From: the human T2T-CHM13v2.0 reference genome, Homo sapiens
DNA: 64,000 bases
NCBI RefSeq assembly: GCF_009914755.1
Contig: NC_060933.1
Strand: one strand, 5' to 3'
The translations under genes and the position numbers were made by a program. The notes below the pieces were generated by a model, which made no database searches, was not told where the DNA came from, and saw only the letters and a list, made by a program, of their open reading frames with translations. This document shows positions 32,395-46,489 of the stretch, piece by piece (the first letter of the stretch is position 1; every line of letters starts with the position of its first letter).

Positions 32395-32779
<385 letters not shown>

Positions 32780-33487
32780 ATAACCAAGTAGATTTCTAAG
32801 CAATTATGCCTATTACAGAAAATTTCAGCATGTGGAACTCTCTGGGGCCTCAGAGACCACCATGATCAAGACCCTCACTTTACAATGAAGGAACTGAGGC
32901 ATGATTGCTTTATTGTCTTCTATTTCGAAAGCATTCTAAATCTCTAGACGGTCACCAGCATATGCCTTTTCAAAACTTTCCAACTATAGAACAGTAAGGT
33001 TTCAAGAAAGAAATGGTGGGTGGCTCTCCTTCAATGGAACTAAAGTAAACAATCTATAAAAGCTAAGTAAGTTTTATTCCACTAAGGAACAAACGAACGA
33101 CTGCTTCTGATCTAAGTTTTTCCAGTTTTCCTGAAATTGATGCAAGAAAAAGAGATCAGTTGCCTACTCTTCTGCCATTTCACAACTTGCACAACACACA
33201 TGGCCCCATAATCAAGCAACAGATTAATCACGGCTCATGGTATAGCCCTGAATCTCCTCACTTCCATAGGCCAGAAAAGCTGACAGGCATGTTGGTTATG
33301 AGGGTCTAATGGGATCAACTGTTAGCAAGATAAACAACCTCTTTATCAACACTGCCATAAAAGTAATCTTCCAACGGTAAATGTGTGATCATGCCTCTCC
33401 TTAAAATTCCTTCATAGTTCCCCAGGCCCTCGGTGTAAAGTTTAATTTTCTCTGTTTCTCTTTACAAAGCCCTTCATAACCTGTATC

Positions 33488-33832
33488 CTTTTTTAATAGC
33501 CTTATTGAGGTATAACTAATATACAAAAAAGGTGCATATTTAATATGTATAATTCAATGAATTTGGATGTAAGCATATATCCATGACACCATCACCACAA
33601 TCATAACAAACATCCATCACTTCCAGAGGTTTCCTTGTGTCCCCATGGGTTTTTTGTTTGTTTTTTGGTTTTGTTGTGTTTGTTCTGTTTTGTGGTAAGA
33701 ACACTTAACACGAGATTTACCCTCTTAACAAACTTTTAAGTACACATACCATATTATTAACTGTAGGCACTATGTTGTACAGCAGATCTCTAGAACTTAC
33801 TATGCTTGTGTAACTGTAACTTTATATTCATT
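33488..33832 (-). mobile_element. L1MA/MB-type 3' end
   Basis: ttattgaggtataact...gtggtaagaacacttaaca...cagcagatctctagaactta. Confidence 0.75.
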
Positions 33833-34056
33833 GAACCTATCTCTTACTTATCTAAGATCCTTTTCTGTCTTCACTACTATGAGCACCACCATCACCACTC
33901 TTCATTCTACCCCTGCACCCTGCATCCCAGACAAATATTTGAAATTCTCCAATCAGGCCTTGTTCACACTTTCAAGGCTAGCTCATCTGGCATTCTCTTC
34001 CTTGAATGTGCCTCTCCTCTTCCACCATCCTAAGTCTACCTTGGTAAATGCTCATC

Positions 34057-34633
34057 TGCAGTCAGCTTCCAGTAGGGTGCACAGCGATCCCCATCTCCTT
34101 GTATTCATACCCTTGTGTAATCCCTTCCCTTGTGTGTAAGCTAAGCTTAGTGACCTGCTTCTAATGAACGAACTATGGCAAAAGTGATGAGGTGCCACTT
34201 TAGAGATTAGATCACAAAAGACCATGCCTCTGGTCTTGCTCACACTCACTCTCTGCCTCTTCTTCCTCGCTCACTGGGGTGAAGCAAGCTGCCATGTTGT
34301 GAGCTGCTCTAAGCAGAAGCCCAAGTGGCCAGAAACTGAGAGAAGCCCCAACTGCCAGCAAGTAACTGAGGCCTTCAGTCCAAAAGCATATGAGGAACCG
34401 AATCTTACCAACAACAATGAGTGAGTTTGGGAGCAAATCTCTCCCTGGTCAAGTAGTCAAGATAACTGCAGCCCAGCTGACATGTTAATTGCAGCCTCCC
34501 AAAAAACTAAGCAAGAACCACCCACCTACCCCATACCCAGACCCCTGACCCAGAGAAACTATAATAAATTTTGTTGATTGAAGCTACAAAGTCTGGGGAG
34601 TAATTTGTTTCCCAGCAATAGATAATTAATATG
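34057..34633 (+). mobile_element. MLT1F-type MaLR solo LTR
   Basis: MLT1 motifs, terminal cagcaatagataattaata, TSD tcatc/ttatc. Confidence 0.8.
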
Positions 34634-36358
34634 TTATCTCTTGACACTCAATTAACTAGTATCTGCCAGCCTAGAAAAAATTAACTCCTCTCTTCTTTAT
34701 AACTAACCATGCCCTGTACTCCTGCCTCTGTCATAGAATTGTCACGCATGTGCTTCTTTGCAGCTTTGTCTCTCCCATTCTACTTGAAGATCTTTGAAAT
34801 TGGAACATGTCTTTTAAAATTTGTATCCCAAGATCCTAGCACAAAGCATGTTTGTGAATTGATGAATGGAAGTGAATTAAATTATAACTTATTCTCAAAA
34901 TTGAAATTTTTAAAAGACTGACAAGTCAAATTTGCTTTCTTACAAGTACAGGGAAATATGCTGGGAATTACCAGAATAGCATAAAACCCTCCCTCTTAGA
35001 GGTCTCTTTTTTATTCAGAGACAACCCTTTACTGACCATATCATTATCCAGTGTGGTGACTGTTTAAGATGACTCTTCCTGGGTTGGGCGAAAATTCAAT
35101 TAAAATGGAAATCATTCAAGCTAAACATTCTCAGAAATAAAAATCACCCACTTCACACAATGAGAATCACCTACTGATCTATTTTGCCTCTTCGTAACTG
35201 CTCAAAGAAGGTCCCTTCTACAAGGAGTTAGATTGGAAGAATAGGAGGTTTGATGAACACTTCCCCAAGAAAAAGGGCATAGGTTAGAAGTCTAACAGGT
35301 ATTCTAGTTACTTTTTCAGAAGGAGATTATAAAATATTTTTATATGCTTATTATATATGCTACCTCCTATTTTTTCATGTCTTGATTAATATTACAATGC
35401 ATAAAATCAAAAGCCCCTAGATTTGTCTTCTAGGAAATGGAGTGTGAGACTTTATGGGCCACTCTATCGTGCTGAGCGACAGAGGGATTGTTTGAGCTGT
35501 AGAGAGGCTGAAAATATTAGAGAAGATGGAAAAGAAAGTTAACTTTCTGAGACTGCCTGCAAGAGAAGAAACTAAAAATAATCAACTTCCTGAGACTAGG
35601 TATCTTGTCTCCCATTTGTTAACACATCAATCCTGTGCTACAAAGGTAACAATGTCTTCCCATAAGGTGTTGGTCTAGACTTCAGTTCACATTCACTTTC
35701 CTTTAAGGAGCATTTATTGAGCAGCTTCCCTGTGCCAAGTTCTCTGCCAAGGGAGGTACCATGAGACATGATGTGGGATGTCCCAGTGGAAGACCCAGCA
35801 CCCAGAATGAAACCCAAGCCAGTAGCAGCCCTTATATTGAAGGAATTGTTTTCTCTTGATGGTTTTTCTGTACTATCTAAATGTTTTCATTTATATCCCT
35901 GTTATAGGAGAAAAAATATTCTAACACAAACTAGATTGATTTTGTCAAGTGTAGGAAACACAAGCTAATGGAATGCTTGAGTTAATGATGCTTCCAACAT
36001 TAAGGTCTATTTAGTGACATATTTTATGGTTCAAACTGTGCCCAGAGTAATAATATACTCCCTTGTCTCACATTTCTCTACATGAGCACAACATTCGGTA
36101 GTGTGGGATTTTAAAATCTAAATAATATCAATATGAAAATTTTGAAACTTCAATTAAATATCTAGGAGCTCCCAAACATACAGATGTTGAGTAGCCATAT
36201 GCGAACCCCCCCGCCCCGCCCCCACCTGCCTTACACAAATATAATACTAGGCGCTTAACAAATGGTGGTTGATTTAACCTACCAGGGGCTACAGCTGGTG
36301 CCTTTCACACACTATCCTAATTTATTGCTTCACCAGTCATGCAAAATAGATGTTAGTA

Positions 36359-36572
36359 CAGCCTCCCCTCGGCTTATGCAGGGTGTTTGTTCCAAGACTG
36401 CCCACTTATACTCAAATCCCTGCATACTCAAGTCCCATAGCTGTCCTGCAGATCCCACACATAGGAAAAGTCAGCCTTCAGTATATTTGGTCAATCCACA
36501 TTTGGTTGAAAAAAAAATCCCCATGTAAGTGGACCCATGCAGTTCAAATCCATGTTGTTCAAGGGTCAACTG
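36359..36572. mobile_element. MER2/MER8-group TcMar-Tigger non-autonomous element
   Basis: TA|CAG...gttgttcaagggtcaaCTG|TA with TA target duplications. Confidence 0.8.
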
Positions 36573-36659
36573 TATTTCCAATATGTAATTATCTAATATA
36601 TATTTGGGCTTATATGTGCCAAAGGGTAACTAGGGGAAGCATTTAATATATGTTTTCAT

Positions 36660-37430
36660 GTATGTATTTATTCATTCAGCAACTCTATTTGAGAGTCTCC
36701 TATGATCCAGGGATCAGGTTAACCCCTGAGGATATAACAGCAAACAAACCAAATAGACAGGGCACTGTCCTCATGGAACACACTTTCCAGGCAAGTGGAG
36801 ACATCAATAAATAAGAAAACAAAAAATAGCAAGACAATTACAGACCACGTAAGTGCAAGGAAAGAAAATAATTAAATGAAGAGATAAAAAATTTCTGGTG
36901 ATCAGGAAAGTCACTCTGGGGAGATCTGAAGAACTGAAGTAGACAGTCATGCAAAGACCTGGAGGAAGAGATCCCAGACAGGCCTGGGAAAAAGCCCTGA
37001 GCTGGGAAAAAGCCTGGCTTGCTAGATGAGCAGAAAAAATGCCAGGGGTACAATTGTTCAAGGTAAATCTGGAAAGATAAGTGAGAGTTGGGTGGTTCAG
37101 GGCTTTATGGTTTATGGTGAGGAATTTTGATTCTATTTTAAAACCACAGGGAAGCACTGAATACTTTAAGCTGGAGTATGGTATGATCATTTGTGTACTT
37201 TTTAAAGATGATTCCAGTTGTTGAGAGGGGAATGAACCTTAGATAAGCAAGAGTGGAAGTGGGGAAACTAGTGGGAATATCATTACTGCCATCCAGATTC
37301 CTATCATTCAGAGATGGTAGAGGATTGGGGAAAAGGAGGTGGCCATGGCTATGGAGAAAAAAGGATACTTCTGAGATGTGTTGCAGTGGTAGAAACAACA
37401 AAGCTCACTGGAGAACTTAATGTGGGAAGC
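36660..37430 (-). mobile_element. L2
   Basis: ttcattcagcaa tail, ctgtcctcatggaac, gggaagcactgaatactttaagctggag motifs. Confidence 0.75.
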
Positions 37431-37696
37431 GACCTTATAGGGCTGGCACAATTACTGCCTGTTTATACTCCCTTTACACACAGATAAAGACACTGAAACT
37501 GAAGCCTGGGCCCTTGGCCACCGTGCTCCATTCCTTCACACGCATCCCTACTCCTTACCCATAATTTCTTCAGGTAAACTCAGGTTTGTCTCACCTTCTA
37601 TTCCTGCTCTTGACCATTGGTTTTCAACCAGGCTGTCATGTACAGACATGGATGTTGTGCGCTGCCCAGCTAGAGGAGGCAGGGGACACAGGCTAC

Positions 37697-37883
37697 TGTG
37701 TAGGTTTTAAAGATAGGTTTACAAGTTCTTTAATATTCCTCCCTTCAAAGTGCTTAATACTCTTCCTGTCGAGTGTGGGCTGGACTTGGTGATGCACTTC
37801 TGGTGAATAGAATACCCAGAAGTGATGACATGTAGAATGTCACTTCTGAGACTAGGTTATAAAAAGACTGTGGCTTCTGTGCC

Positions 37884-37952
<69 letters not shown>

Positions 37953-38358
37953 TCTCCCCCTCTCCCCCTCTCCCCCTCTCCCCCTCTCCCTCTCTCCCTC
38001 TCTCCCTCTCTCCCTCTCCCCCATAACTCAATAGAAAGCCAGACGCCATATAAAAAGGACTCCTGGCCATCCCACAGGCAAGCCCACATGGCATGGAACC
38101 AAGGCCCGTCAGCAACCACATCAGGGAGCTTGAGAGCACATCTGAGGCCTCACAAAAAGCCACCATAAATGAGCTTGGAAGAAGATTCTCCCCTAGTTCA
38201 GCCCAAAGATGACTCCAGCACCAACCAACAGCTTGAATACAACTACATGAGAAACCTAGATATCTGACCCATGGAAACTATGAGATAATAAATATTTTTA
38301 AGCACCCCAAAGAAATCATTTGGGGTGATTTGTTACACAGCAATCGATAACTAGTACA
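37697..38358 (+). mobile_element. MLT1F-type MaLR solo LTR
   Basis: gagtgtgggctggacttggtga...ttgttacacagcaatcgataactagtaca. Confidence 0.82.
37887..38022 (+). repeat. (TC)31 plus C-rich 8-mer repeats, 136-bp pure pyrimidine tract
   Basis: Direct read. Confidence 0.95.
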
Positions 38359-38699
38359 AGTATCATGTGAATGGTTCCTGGAGTTATGCAGTATGGTGGT
38401 CCTCTTTCCCCCTGCCCCTCATTGCTGCTCCATTACTGTGTCCCCTGCCTTAGAACTATCCCTCAGCTCCAGAGACTAGTCTTGGACTTTTTATTCCAGT
38501 TCATCCTTAATCACGTTCCGGGATAGGATCCCCAGTCTCTGTCCACTGACTTTATATCCCTTACCCATGGGCACGAAGTGCTTCACCTCCTTCCATCTGA
38601 GGCTCAAGAGATGATTCTGGCTAGGCCTGCATTATTTTTATATATTTGCCTGGATTAAACAAATACGGATAAAAAATTTTAATTTTAATATTTCTGTTT

Positions 38700-38905
38700 A
38701 TTCCTAGTAAAAGATACTGTCAAACCATTTTCAGAGGAATAACTGTATCAGAATCTCTGGGGTGCTCTACACACATACAAATTTCTGTACCCTAACACTA
38801 GAGAGGCTAACTCAGTAGGTTTCAGTTAAGTCCAGAAAGCTGTATTTTTAAAGAGCTCCCATGTAATTCTGAGACCTAGCCAACTTTTGTAAACTCTAGC
38901 TTAGT
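38700..38905. mobile_element. MER5-type hAT-Charlie
   Basis: atcagaatctctggggtgc...ctgtatttttaaagagctccccatgtaattct. Confidence 0.6.
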
Positions 38906-40097
38906 ATTTCTCTCCATCTTGCTATAAAAACAAAGCATGTAACCGGAACCAGAAACTGGGTTTCCCATGTCTTCTTCAATGAATCTCTCACACACATACA
39001 TAATAAAGTCTATATTTTACCTCTCTGCATTTTATTGACAGCAGTAACTTAATTACATTTGATGAATGTCTGCAAAGATGTAGCAATAAGGATATATTAA
39101 ATTTATATGAGACCTTTGTACTTTTAGGAAACTGGGACTCAACTTGATGCAAGTTAGTACTTGGAACATATAAATTTATTTTCTGTAATCTCACTTTTGC
39201 AGTAAGGACTTTCATTGGCATCTTAGCTCACTCTGTGGAGAATGTGAAGAGCATCTCAATAAATTAAAAAATGACAGCTTTAGGTTTATCAATGATTGAA
39301 GCTGCAAAACTATGAGCTAAAGAAAATACAGCAAAGCAAAAATAGAGCCATTTATTCTGTTAGAGTTAAATTCAGGGAAGCAGGGCAGTCAGCAAAAATG
39401 CCAAACTCAGTCAAAGACGCTACTGGAGAGGGTTTCTGGTAGGAAGAAAGGAAACTGCAGTTTTCTAATTAACACTGCAATGAATACTAAAAATGACCTT
39501 AAAATGGACCTTAAAATGTATTTTAATGAGTTTTTGGCAGGGACTGCCGATGAGCCCTTTTTCATAAGTGAAGGGAAATGTCTTAAAATTAAGCAAGGCT
39601 TATGATCATCATACTGGAATCATATTTCAGGGAAATAAAGCCTTTTGCTGGAAGTTAAACAAAAGGCCCAGTAGGAATACTAATCAAGCTTGTGTCTTAT
39701 TCTAATAATTCTAAAGGCAGATTCCTGAAGTATAAATGTTATAGCATCACACACACACACCCCACTTCCTATTCCACATCTACCTAATTGTCTGCTTCAC
39801 TGTCTTTCCCTTTCTCTCCAATCGTTCTTCAGGTTCTTTGCCAAACCCAATTATATTAAAATATATACAAGTCTCTTCCGTATTTTCTAAAGCCTTTACT
39901 TGCCCTAGACATCTAGTTTAATATAGTATCTGCTACTAGTTTTCCACTAAAGTACCTTCACCTCCGAAGATAGAGAAAAATACTGCAGCTCACAATCCAA
40001 TGCCCAGGGCAAACCATGCCCTGGAACACACACCCCCATGGCAGTTCCTCCCCTTTACCTCTAGAGAGCAGCTCCTACCAAAGCAGCCAGCCAACCA

Positions 40098-40889
40098 TGT
40101 AATCACCAAGGGGCTCATCTTGCCCACTGCCCAGAAAAGCCAATGCACTTTTTTGCACCAAAAAAATAGTTTAATTAATGTAATGCAGGGCTAGCCAAGT
40201 GGAAAATAAAATTTATTACTCAAATCAGCCTCAAGAACTCAGAGGCTAGGGTTTTTATGGATAACCTCGTGGGCAGGGGGCTAGGGTGCTGCTAATTTGT
40301 TGGGTATGAAATCGTAGGAGTGTGGAAAACAGTCCGTGTGTGCTGAGTCAGCCTCTGGGTGGGAGCCACAGTACCAGCTGAGTCATGAGTCATGGGTCCA
40401 GGTGGAGTCAGTCAGTCTTCAGAATACAAAAGTCTGAAATACATCTCAAAAGACCAATTTTACCATTTACAATTGTGATATTATCTACAGGAGCAATTGG
40501 AGAAGTCACAAATCTTGTGACCTCCGGCTTCATGACTCCTGAGCAGTAAGGAATTATATGAAAGCAACCTAAGGAACGAATGGCTGAATATTATTTAACC
40601 ATGCCTACATTTTAGCAGAATCCAGGCCCCTCCCATAATCCTAATCTCCTGGCCTTTTATTCGTCTTACAAAGGCAGTTTCAGTCTCTGAACAAGGAGAG
40701 GTGCAGTTTTAGGGAAGGACTATTATCATCTTTGTTTCAAAGTTAAACTATAAACTAAATTCCTCCCATGATTAGCTTGGCTTACACCCAGGAAAGAGTG
40801 AGGACAGCCAGCCTGTGAAGCTAGAAGCAAGATGGAGTCAGCCATGCCAGATACCTGTCACTGTCATAATCTTTGCAAAGGTGGTTTCA
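40098..40889 (-). mobile_element. LTR8-family (LTR8A/B) ERV1 solo LTR
   Basis: Minus strand begins TGAAACCACCTTTGCAAAGATTATGAC; TG...CA termini; 4-bp TSD acca/gcca. Confidence 0.82.
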
Positions 40890-41759
40890 GCCAAGTTCAC
40901 AGAGCAAAGCGCTGGCCCAACTCCCACAGAGCCATCTCTGAGCTTGAGATTAGAAGCATCCAATCACTTCTGCACTGGCGCCTCCTTTGTCTGCGTTGTA
41001 GATAAGGGTTCTCACCTCTACTTTGTATTTCTTCAGTCCTCTTCCATCTGCCTTATGTGTTCCAGCAATTATTCAAATCTTCTGTTTTATTCTTCCCTCA
41101 CTTTTAGTACTGACATAAAATGCTTCCTATCATACTTACCCTGTTATTTTAGAAAGAAACTTTAAAAATAACAAAACAAACTTGTATGCTCAGAATTGGT
41201 ATGTTGATTAAATAAAGGACTGAACTGTGACCCATTTCTCTAAACTATAATATAGATTTGGGGTTCCTCCAGGACCACTTAGTGGTTGGTCTGGAAAATC
41301 TATATTGACACTCACAGTTGCCCAGGGAAAAAGAAAGACATATTGTATGTTTCAATTTGGTCAGAGCAAAAGTGGCCTTTGATCATCTATAATAAGTTCT
41401 GTGTATTCTGGGGAAACTTTAAGATTAACAGCAAGAATGCAAGCAGGAGTTTTTATTTTACAGTAAATAAGTTTTTATTTTACAGTTAAATAAGTTACAT
41501 AAGTTATTTCAGATAGAAATAGGTGATTTGTCATCAAGAAACTGGAAGTGTTTCTAGACACTTCATCCATAGTTATAAACCCATGAGCCCCAGGGAAAAA
41601 CACCTTCAGAATGACAGCATTGCCAAGAAAGGAGAAAGAATGGAAAGATAATCTCTTATTTAGAATGATCTGAAGAGGTCTACCCTCAGTTTGAGGTCTT
41701 AGTCTAGACTAAATTGAAGCAGAGGAGGAGTGAGAAGACAGACACCATACCCAAGCAAT

Positions 41760-42240
<481 letters not shown>

Positions 42241-42519
42241 AGAAATCATCTCTTACAGGGCACTATAGAAAAGTGAAACTGATGGGTCATTAACTCGTCC
42301 AACTTTACACCCTCCTACTTTCTCTTCCTCCCCACTTTCCTGGGCCATAGAGATTACCCTTGGAGACAGGTGCCTGGGGTTATTCCGAAGACCAAATTAA
42401 GTGCTGAGATGCCCAAATATCATCAACAACCACACAAACCTGGCAAGGGGAGGTGTCTTGAATTCTATTAAGTTAGTACCAGAGAAAAGGCTCAGACTTC
42501 TGAGAGTTCTTTGTTAGCC

Positions 42520-43091
42520 ACTATTCTGTGAGTTGCAGTAGTAGAAAATCCAACTCAAAATAGACTAGGCAAAAGGGGAATTTATTAGCTTATATAGCTG
42601 AAAAGTCCAGTTACAGATCAGTTCCAAGCACAGCTTTGTCTGTGTATTTAAATGATGTTATAGAAAGCTACCCCAAAGTCTGTTTTTCTCTGTCTTGGTT
42701 TTCTTTCTCTGGAGGGCTTGCACTTAAGCACAGCCTCCAGTTCCAGGTCCACTTCTTCTCAGCTCTACATCCACAGAAAAAAGAAGTTTTGGCTGGGTGC
42801 GGTGGCTCACGCCTGTAATCCCAGCACTTTGGGAGGCCAAGGCAGGCGGGTCACCTGAGGTCAGAAGTTCAAGACCAGCCTGACCATGGCGAAACCTCGT
42901 CTCTACTAAAAATACAAAAATTAGGTGGGCGTGGTGGCACACGCCTGTAATCAAGCCTGCTCTTGAAGCCAAGAATGAGATCAACCCCATGTGAAATGCA
43001 TGAATCAAGAGTGTGGGAGGAAAATAGAGGAACAGATAGCAAAAGAAGAGGAGACTGATGCTGAGTGGAGAAAAACAATAGCTATTCACTA
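42520..43091 (-). mobile_element. MLT1K-type LTR interrupted by a truncated Alu
   Basis: gttgcagtagtagaaaatccaactcaaa...gaatttattagct, and gatgctgagtggagaaaaacaatagctattcacta. Confidence 0.55.
42791..42952 (+). mobile_element. AluS, 3'-truncated (no tail)
   Basis: Left arm, linker and first ~30 bp of the right arm only. Confidence 0.88.
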
Positions 43092-44242
43092 GGGCATCTT
43101 TCCACTGAAATCCACAGCTGCTCTCTCCCTACACAGAGGTGTCCTCTCCAGAAGCAAATGCATAGCCATTTGTTAGAGCAATCACCATAGAGCTGCAGGG
43201 CAAGGAATTTTATCCTTATAATTTTATTGTCATTTTGGGGGTGTCCATTATTCCATTATACCATTTACAATACAATAAATTTAAATAATATTTAAAATAT
43301 GGCACTTCATTGCACTGCTTTCTTACTTTTTCAGAGTGACAAGGTTCAACCCAACAACCTGACTTAATGAAAGTGAAAAACATTAGCCAGTGAAAATATA
43401 GAAGGAAAAACATCATTGTGATGGTAACAGAGCTCTGGCCACAGGTGAGGCATGTGCCAGTTTTTTCATAACTATCAAACAGTGCTACCTCCTGTAAACA
43501 AACATTGAAGGTTTTAGCCCTGGTCAAAGTTCCCAAAGATCTCTCAATGCCTCTGATAAGTGTGACTTTAACTCAAGGAAACACTGATCTCTCTTCATGT
43601 CTCAAAAATCTGGATACAGAGCTGTGGGTCACATTTGGAGATGCTCAATTTTGTTCTCCACTACTGAATTCTCGAGTGAACTATTCTGTACAAATCTACT
43701 TTAATTATGTATTAATTTCAATATTATTACATGCAGTACACAACTGCTACTCATTAAAAATTAATCTAGATTCTATTGGTTTTATTTCGTATTCATTATA
43801 AGGCAACATCCACTTTTTTAAAAAAGCCCTCCAGATAAATGTGTTGCTCTACATAGCCAAGTAGTGACTTGCCAAAAATAGAAATACCTTAATAAGAATT
43901 CCGCCTGCATTGTCCTTTCCCTCCTCTCTTTAGCAGCTTCATTCACAATCATCAATAATGAACTGGAGGAAAGCAGAACTGACAGGGACTGGTTAAGCAC
44001 AACATTTGAGAATCCCTCTGTTCTAAGTTTTTGTTGAAGTTGGAACACCAAAGTCCTATTCTCATTTTGCCATTAAAAGGAATTATTTTATGTTCTTGCC
44101 TTTAACAGCCCTGCTCTGGAGATTCCACAACAGGAAAGCTTTTGTTTAGACATTGACAAGAAGTCCCAGTGCTTTATTTCTCCACATCTATTGCAGTACT
44201 TTTCCATGCAGATAAGTGCAGAAAAAAATACAACAATGCTTA

Positions 44243-45874
44243 GAGTCATGCACCGCATAACAACATTTTGATTAATGACAGACCACATATACGATGGTAG
44301 TCCCATAAGACTATGATGGAGCTAAAAAATTCCTATTGCCTAGTGATGTCTTAGACACATTTTTATGTCCTACGTTGTACGATGCATTATCTGTGTGTTC
44401 ATGGTGATGCTGGTGTAAGCAAACCTACTGTGCTGCCAGTCATATAAAAATATAGCACATATAATTTTGAACAGTACATAATATTTGGTAATGATAATAA
44501 GCAACTATGTAGCTGGTTATGTATTCACTATACCATTCTTTTGATCATTATTTTAGAGTGTTTTCTACTTATAAAAAAAAAAGTGCCTGTAAAACACCCT
44601 CAGGCAGATTCTCCAGGAGATATTCCAGAAGAAGGCATTGTTACCATAGGAGGTGACAGCTCCATGAGTGTTCTTGCACCTGAAGACCTTCCAGGGGGAC
44701 AAGAAAAGTGAAACTGATAGGTCATTAACTCGTCCAACTTTACACCCTCCTACTTTCTCTTCCTCCCCACTTTCCTGGGCCATAGAGATTACCCTTTGAG
44801 ACAGGTGCTTGGGGTTATTCCAAAGACCAAATTAAGTGCTGAGATGCCCAAATATCATCAACAACCACACAAACCTGGCAAGGGGAGGTGTCTTGAATTC
44901 TATTAAGTTAGTTAATGGGTATGTTTCTGTCTTAGCTTTTAACAAAAAAAAAAAAGAGGTTTAAAAAGTAAAAAAAAAAAAGTTTATGAATAAAAACTGC
45001 TTATAGAATAAGGATATAAATTTTAAAATATTTTGATACAGCTGTACAATGTGTTTGTGTTTTAAGCTAAGCATCATTACAAAAGAGTCAAAAGTTTATT
45101 AATTAAGAAGTTAAGTAGGCCGGGCGTGGCGGCTCATGCCTGTAATCCCAGCACTTTGGGAGGCCGAGGCAGGCGGATCACGAGGTCAGGAAATCGAGAC
45201 CATCCTGGCCAACACGGTGAAACCCCATCTCTATTAAAAATACAAAAATTAGCCGGGCGTGGGTGCCTGTAGTCCCAGCTACTCGGGAGGCTGAGGCAGG
45301 AGAATTGCTTGAAACCGGGAGTCGGAGGTTGCAGTGAGCCGAGATTGCCACTGCACTGCAGCTTGGCGACAGAACGAGACTCCGTCTCACAAAAAAAAAA
45401 AAAAAAAGTAAGCTAAGGTTAATTTATTATCAAAGAAAAAATATTTTTATAAATTAGAGTAGCCTAAGTGTACAGTGTTTATAAAGTCTACAGTACTGTA
45501 CAGATGTCCTAGACCCTTGCATTCACTCACTACTCACTCACTGACTCTCCAAGAGCAACTTCCAGTCCCTCATGGTAAGTGCCCTATACAGGTATACCAT
45601 ATTTTATCTTTTATACAGTATTTTTACTGTACTTTTTTTATGTTTCAACATGTTTAGATATATAAACACTTGCCATTGTGTTACAATTTTATAAGTGCCT
45701 ACAGTATTTAATACAGTTTGTAGCCTAGGAGCAATAGGCTATGCCATACAACCCAGGCGTATAGTAGGCTATGCCATGTAGGTTTGCGTAAATACCCTAT
45801 GATGTTCACACAACAAAATCATCTAACAATGCATTTCTCAGAATGCATGCCTGTTGTTAAGCAACATATGACTG
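44243..45874 (+). mobile_element. Tigger3 (Golem, Tigger3b-like) DNA transposon
   Basis: TA|gagtcatgcaccgcataac ... gttaagcaacatatgactg|TA terminal inverted repeats with TA TSD. Contains an Alu and the 211-bp insert. Confidence 0.88.
45118..45407 (+). mobile_element. AluSc-like
   Basis: ggatcacgaggtcaggaaatcgagaccatcctggccaac; tggcgacag; A17 tail. Confidence 0.9.
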
Positions 45875-46489
45875 TAGTGTGTGGGAAGAGTCATGTGGGA
45901 TTGCAAGAACTAAATAAATAAAGTCTCAAACTGTTTTCTTCTAAATGTGAAAATAATAGTTAACATTTGTGGAAACCTTGCTATGTGCCAGGTACTGAGC
46001 ACACACCTTATTTAATCCTAAGGGGAGTTATCACAGTTACTTCTCACTCACTGTATTTGATGTATTTTTCATACCTTAGGAGAATTTATGTTCACAACAA
46101 ATAAAAAATGCTTTAATTTAATAAAGAAGAAAGAAAGCCTTAATCCTGAGTTTACAATGCCAAACAATTTACAGAGAAACCAAACTTTTGAAGTCCAATT
46201 GTGGTCTCTTCTAACAGTATCAAATCAACATCTCAAAGCCAAGTTGAATCATGTATACTGGATTGGGCATTATTTTCTTACTATAAGAGGTGCTGCTGTG
46301 CTTTAGGCTAATACTTCAAAGTGTTGGCTTCAAACTATAACTGACTCAAAAAGAAGTTCTAAAAAAGAGTATTTTGTGGCTCCTTTTCAGTTCGTTATGC
46401 CTGGCCAGGTTCCCACTCGACCTTTTCGTTGACTTTCTCTTTAATTCTATTTAACAAACAAGTAAAAGAAGTTAAAGTGTGCCAGGCTA

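Larger units (their letters stand above)
42267..44912 (+). repeat. 211-bp direct duplication (42267-42477 and 44702-44912)
   Basis: Ungapped alignment with 4 mismatches; offset 2435 bp. Confidence 0.95.

Noticed and set aside
37754-38166. ER/SL dipeptide-repeat ORFs (also 53694-54099 and 24034-24429)
   Set aside because: Microsatellite-derived stop-free frames with no coding evidence.
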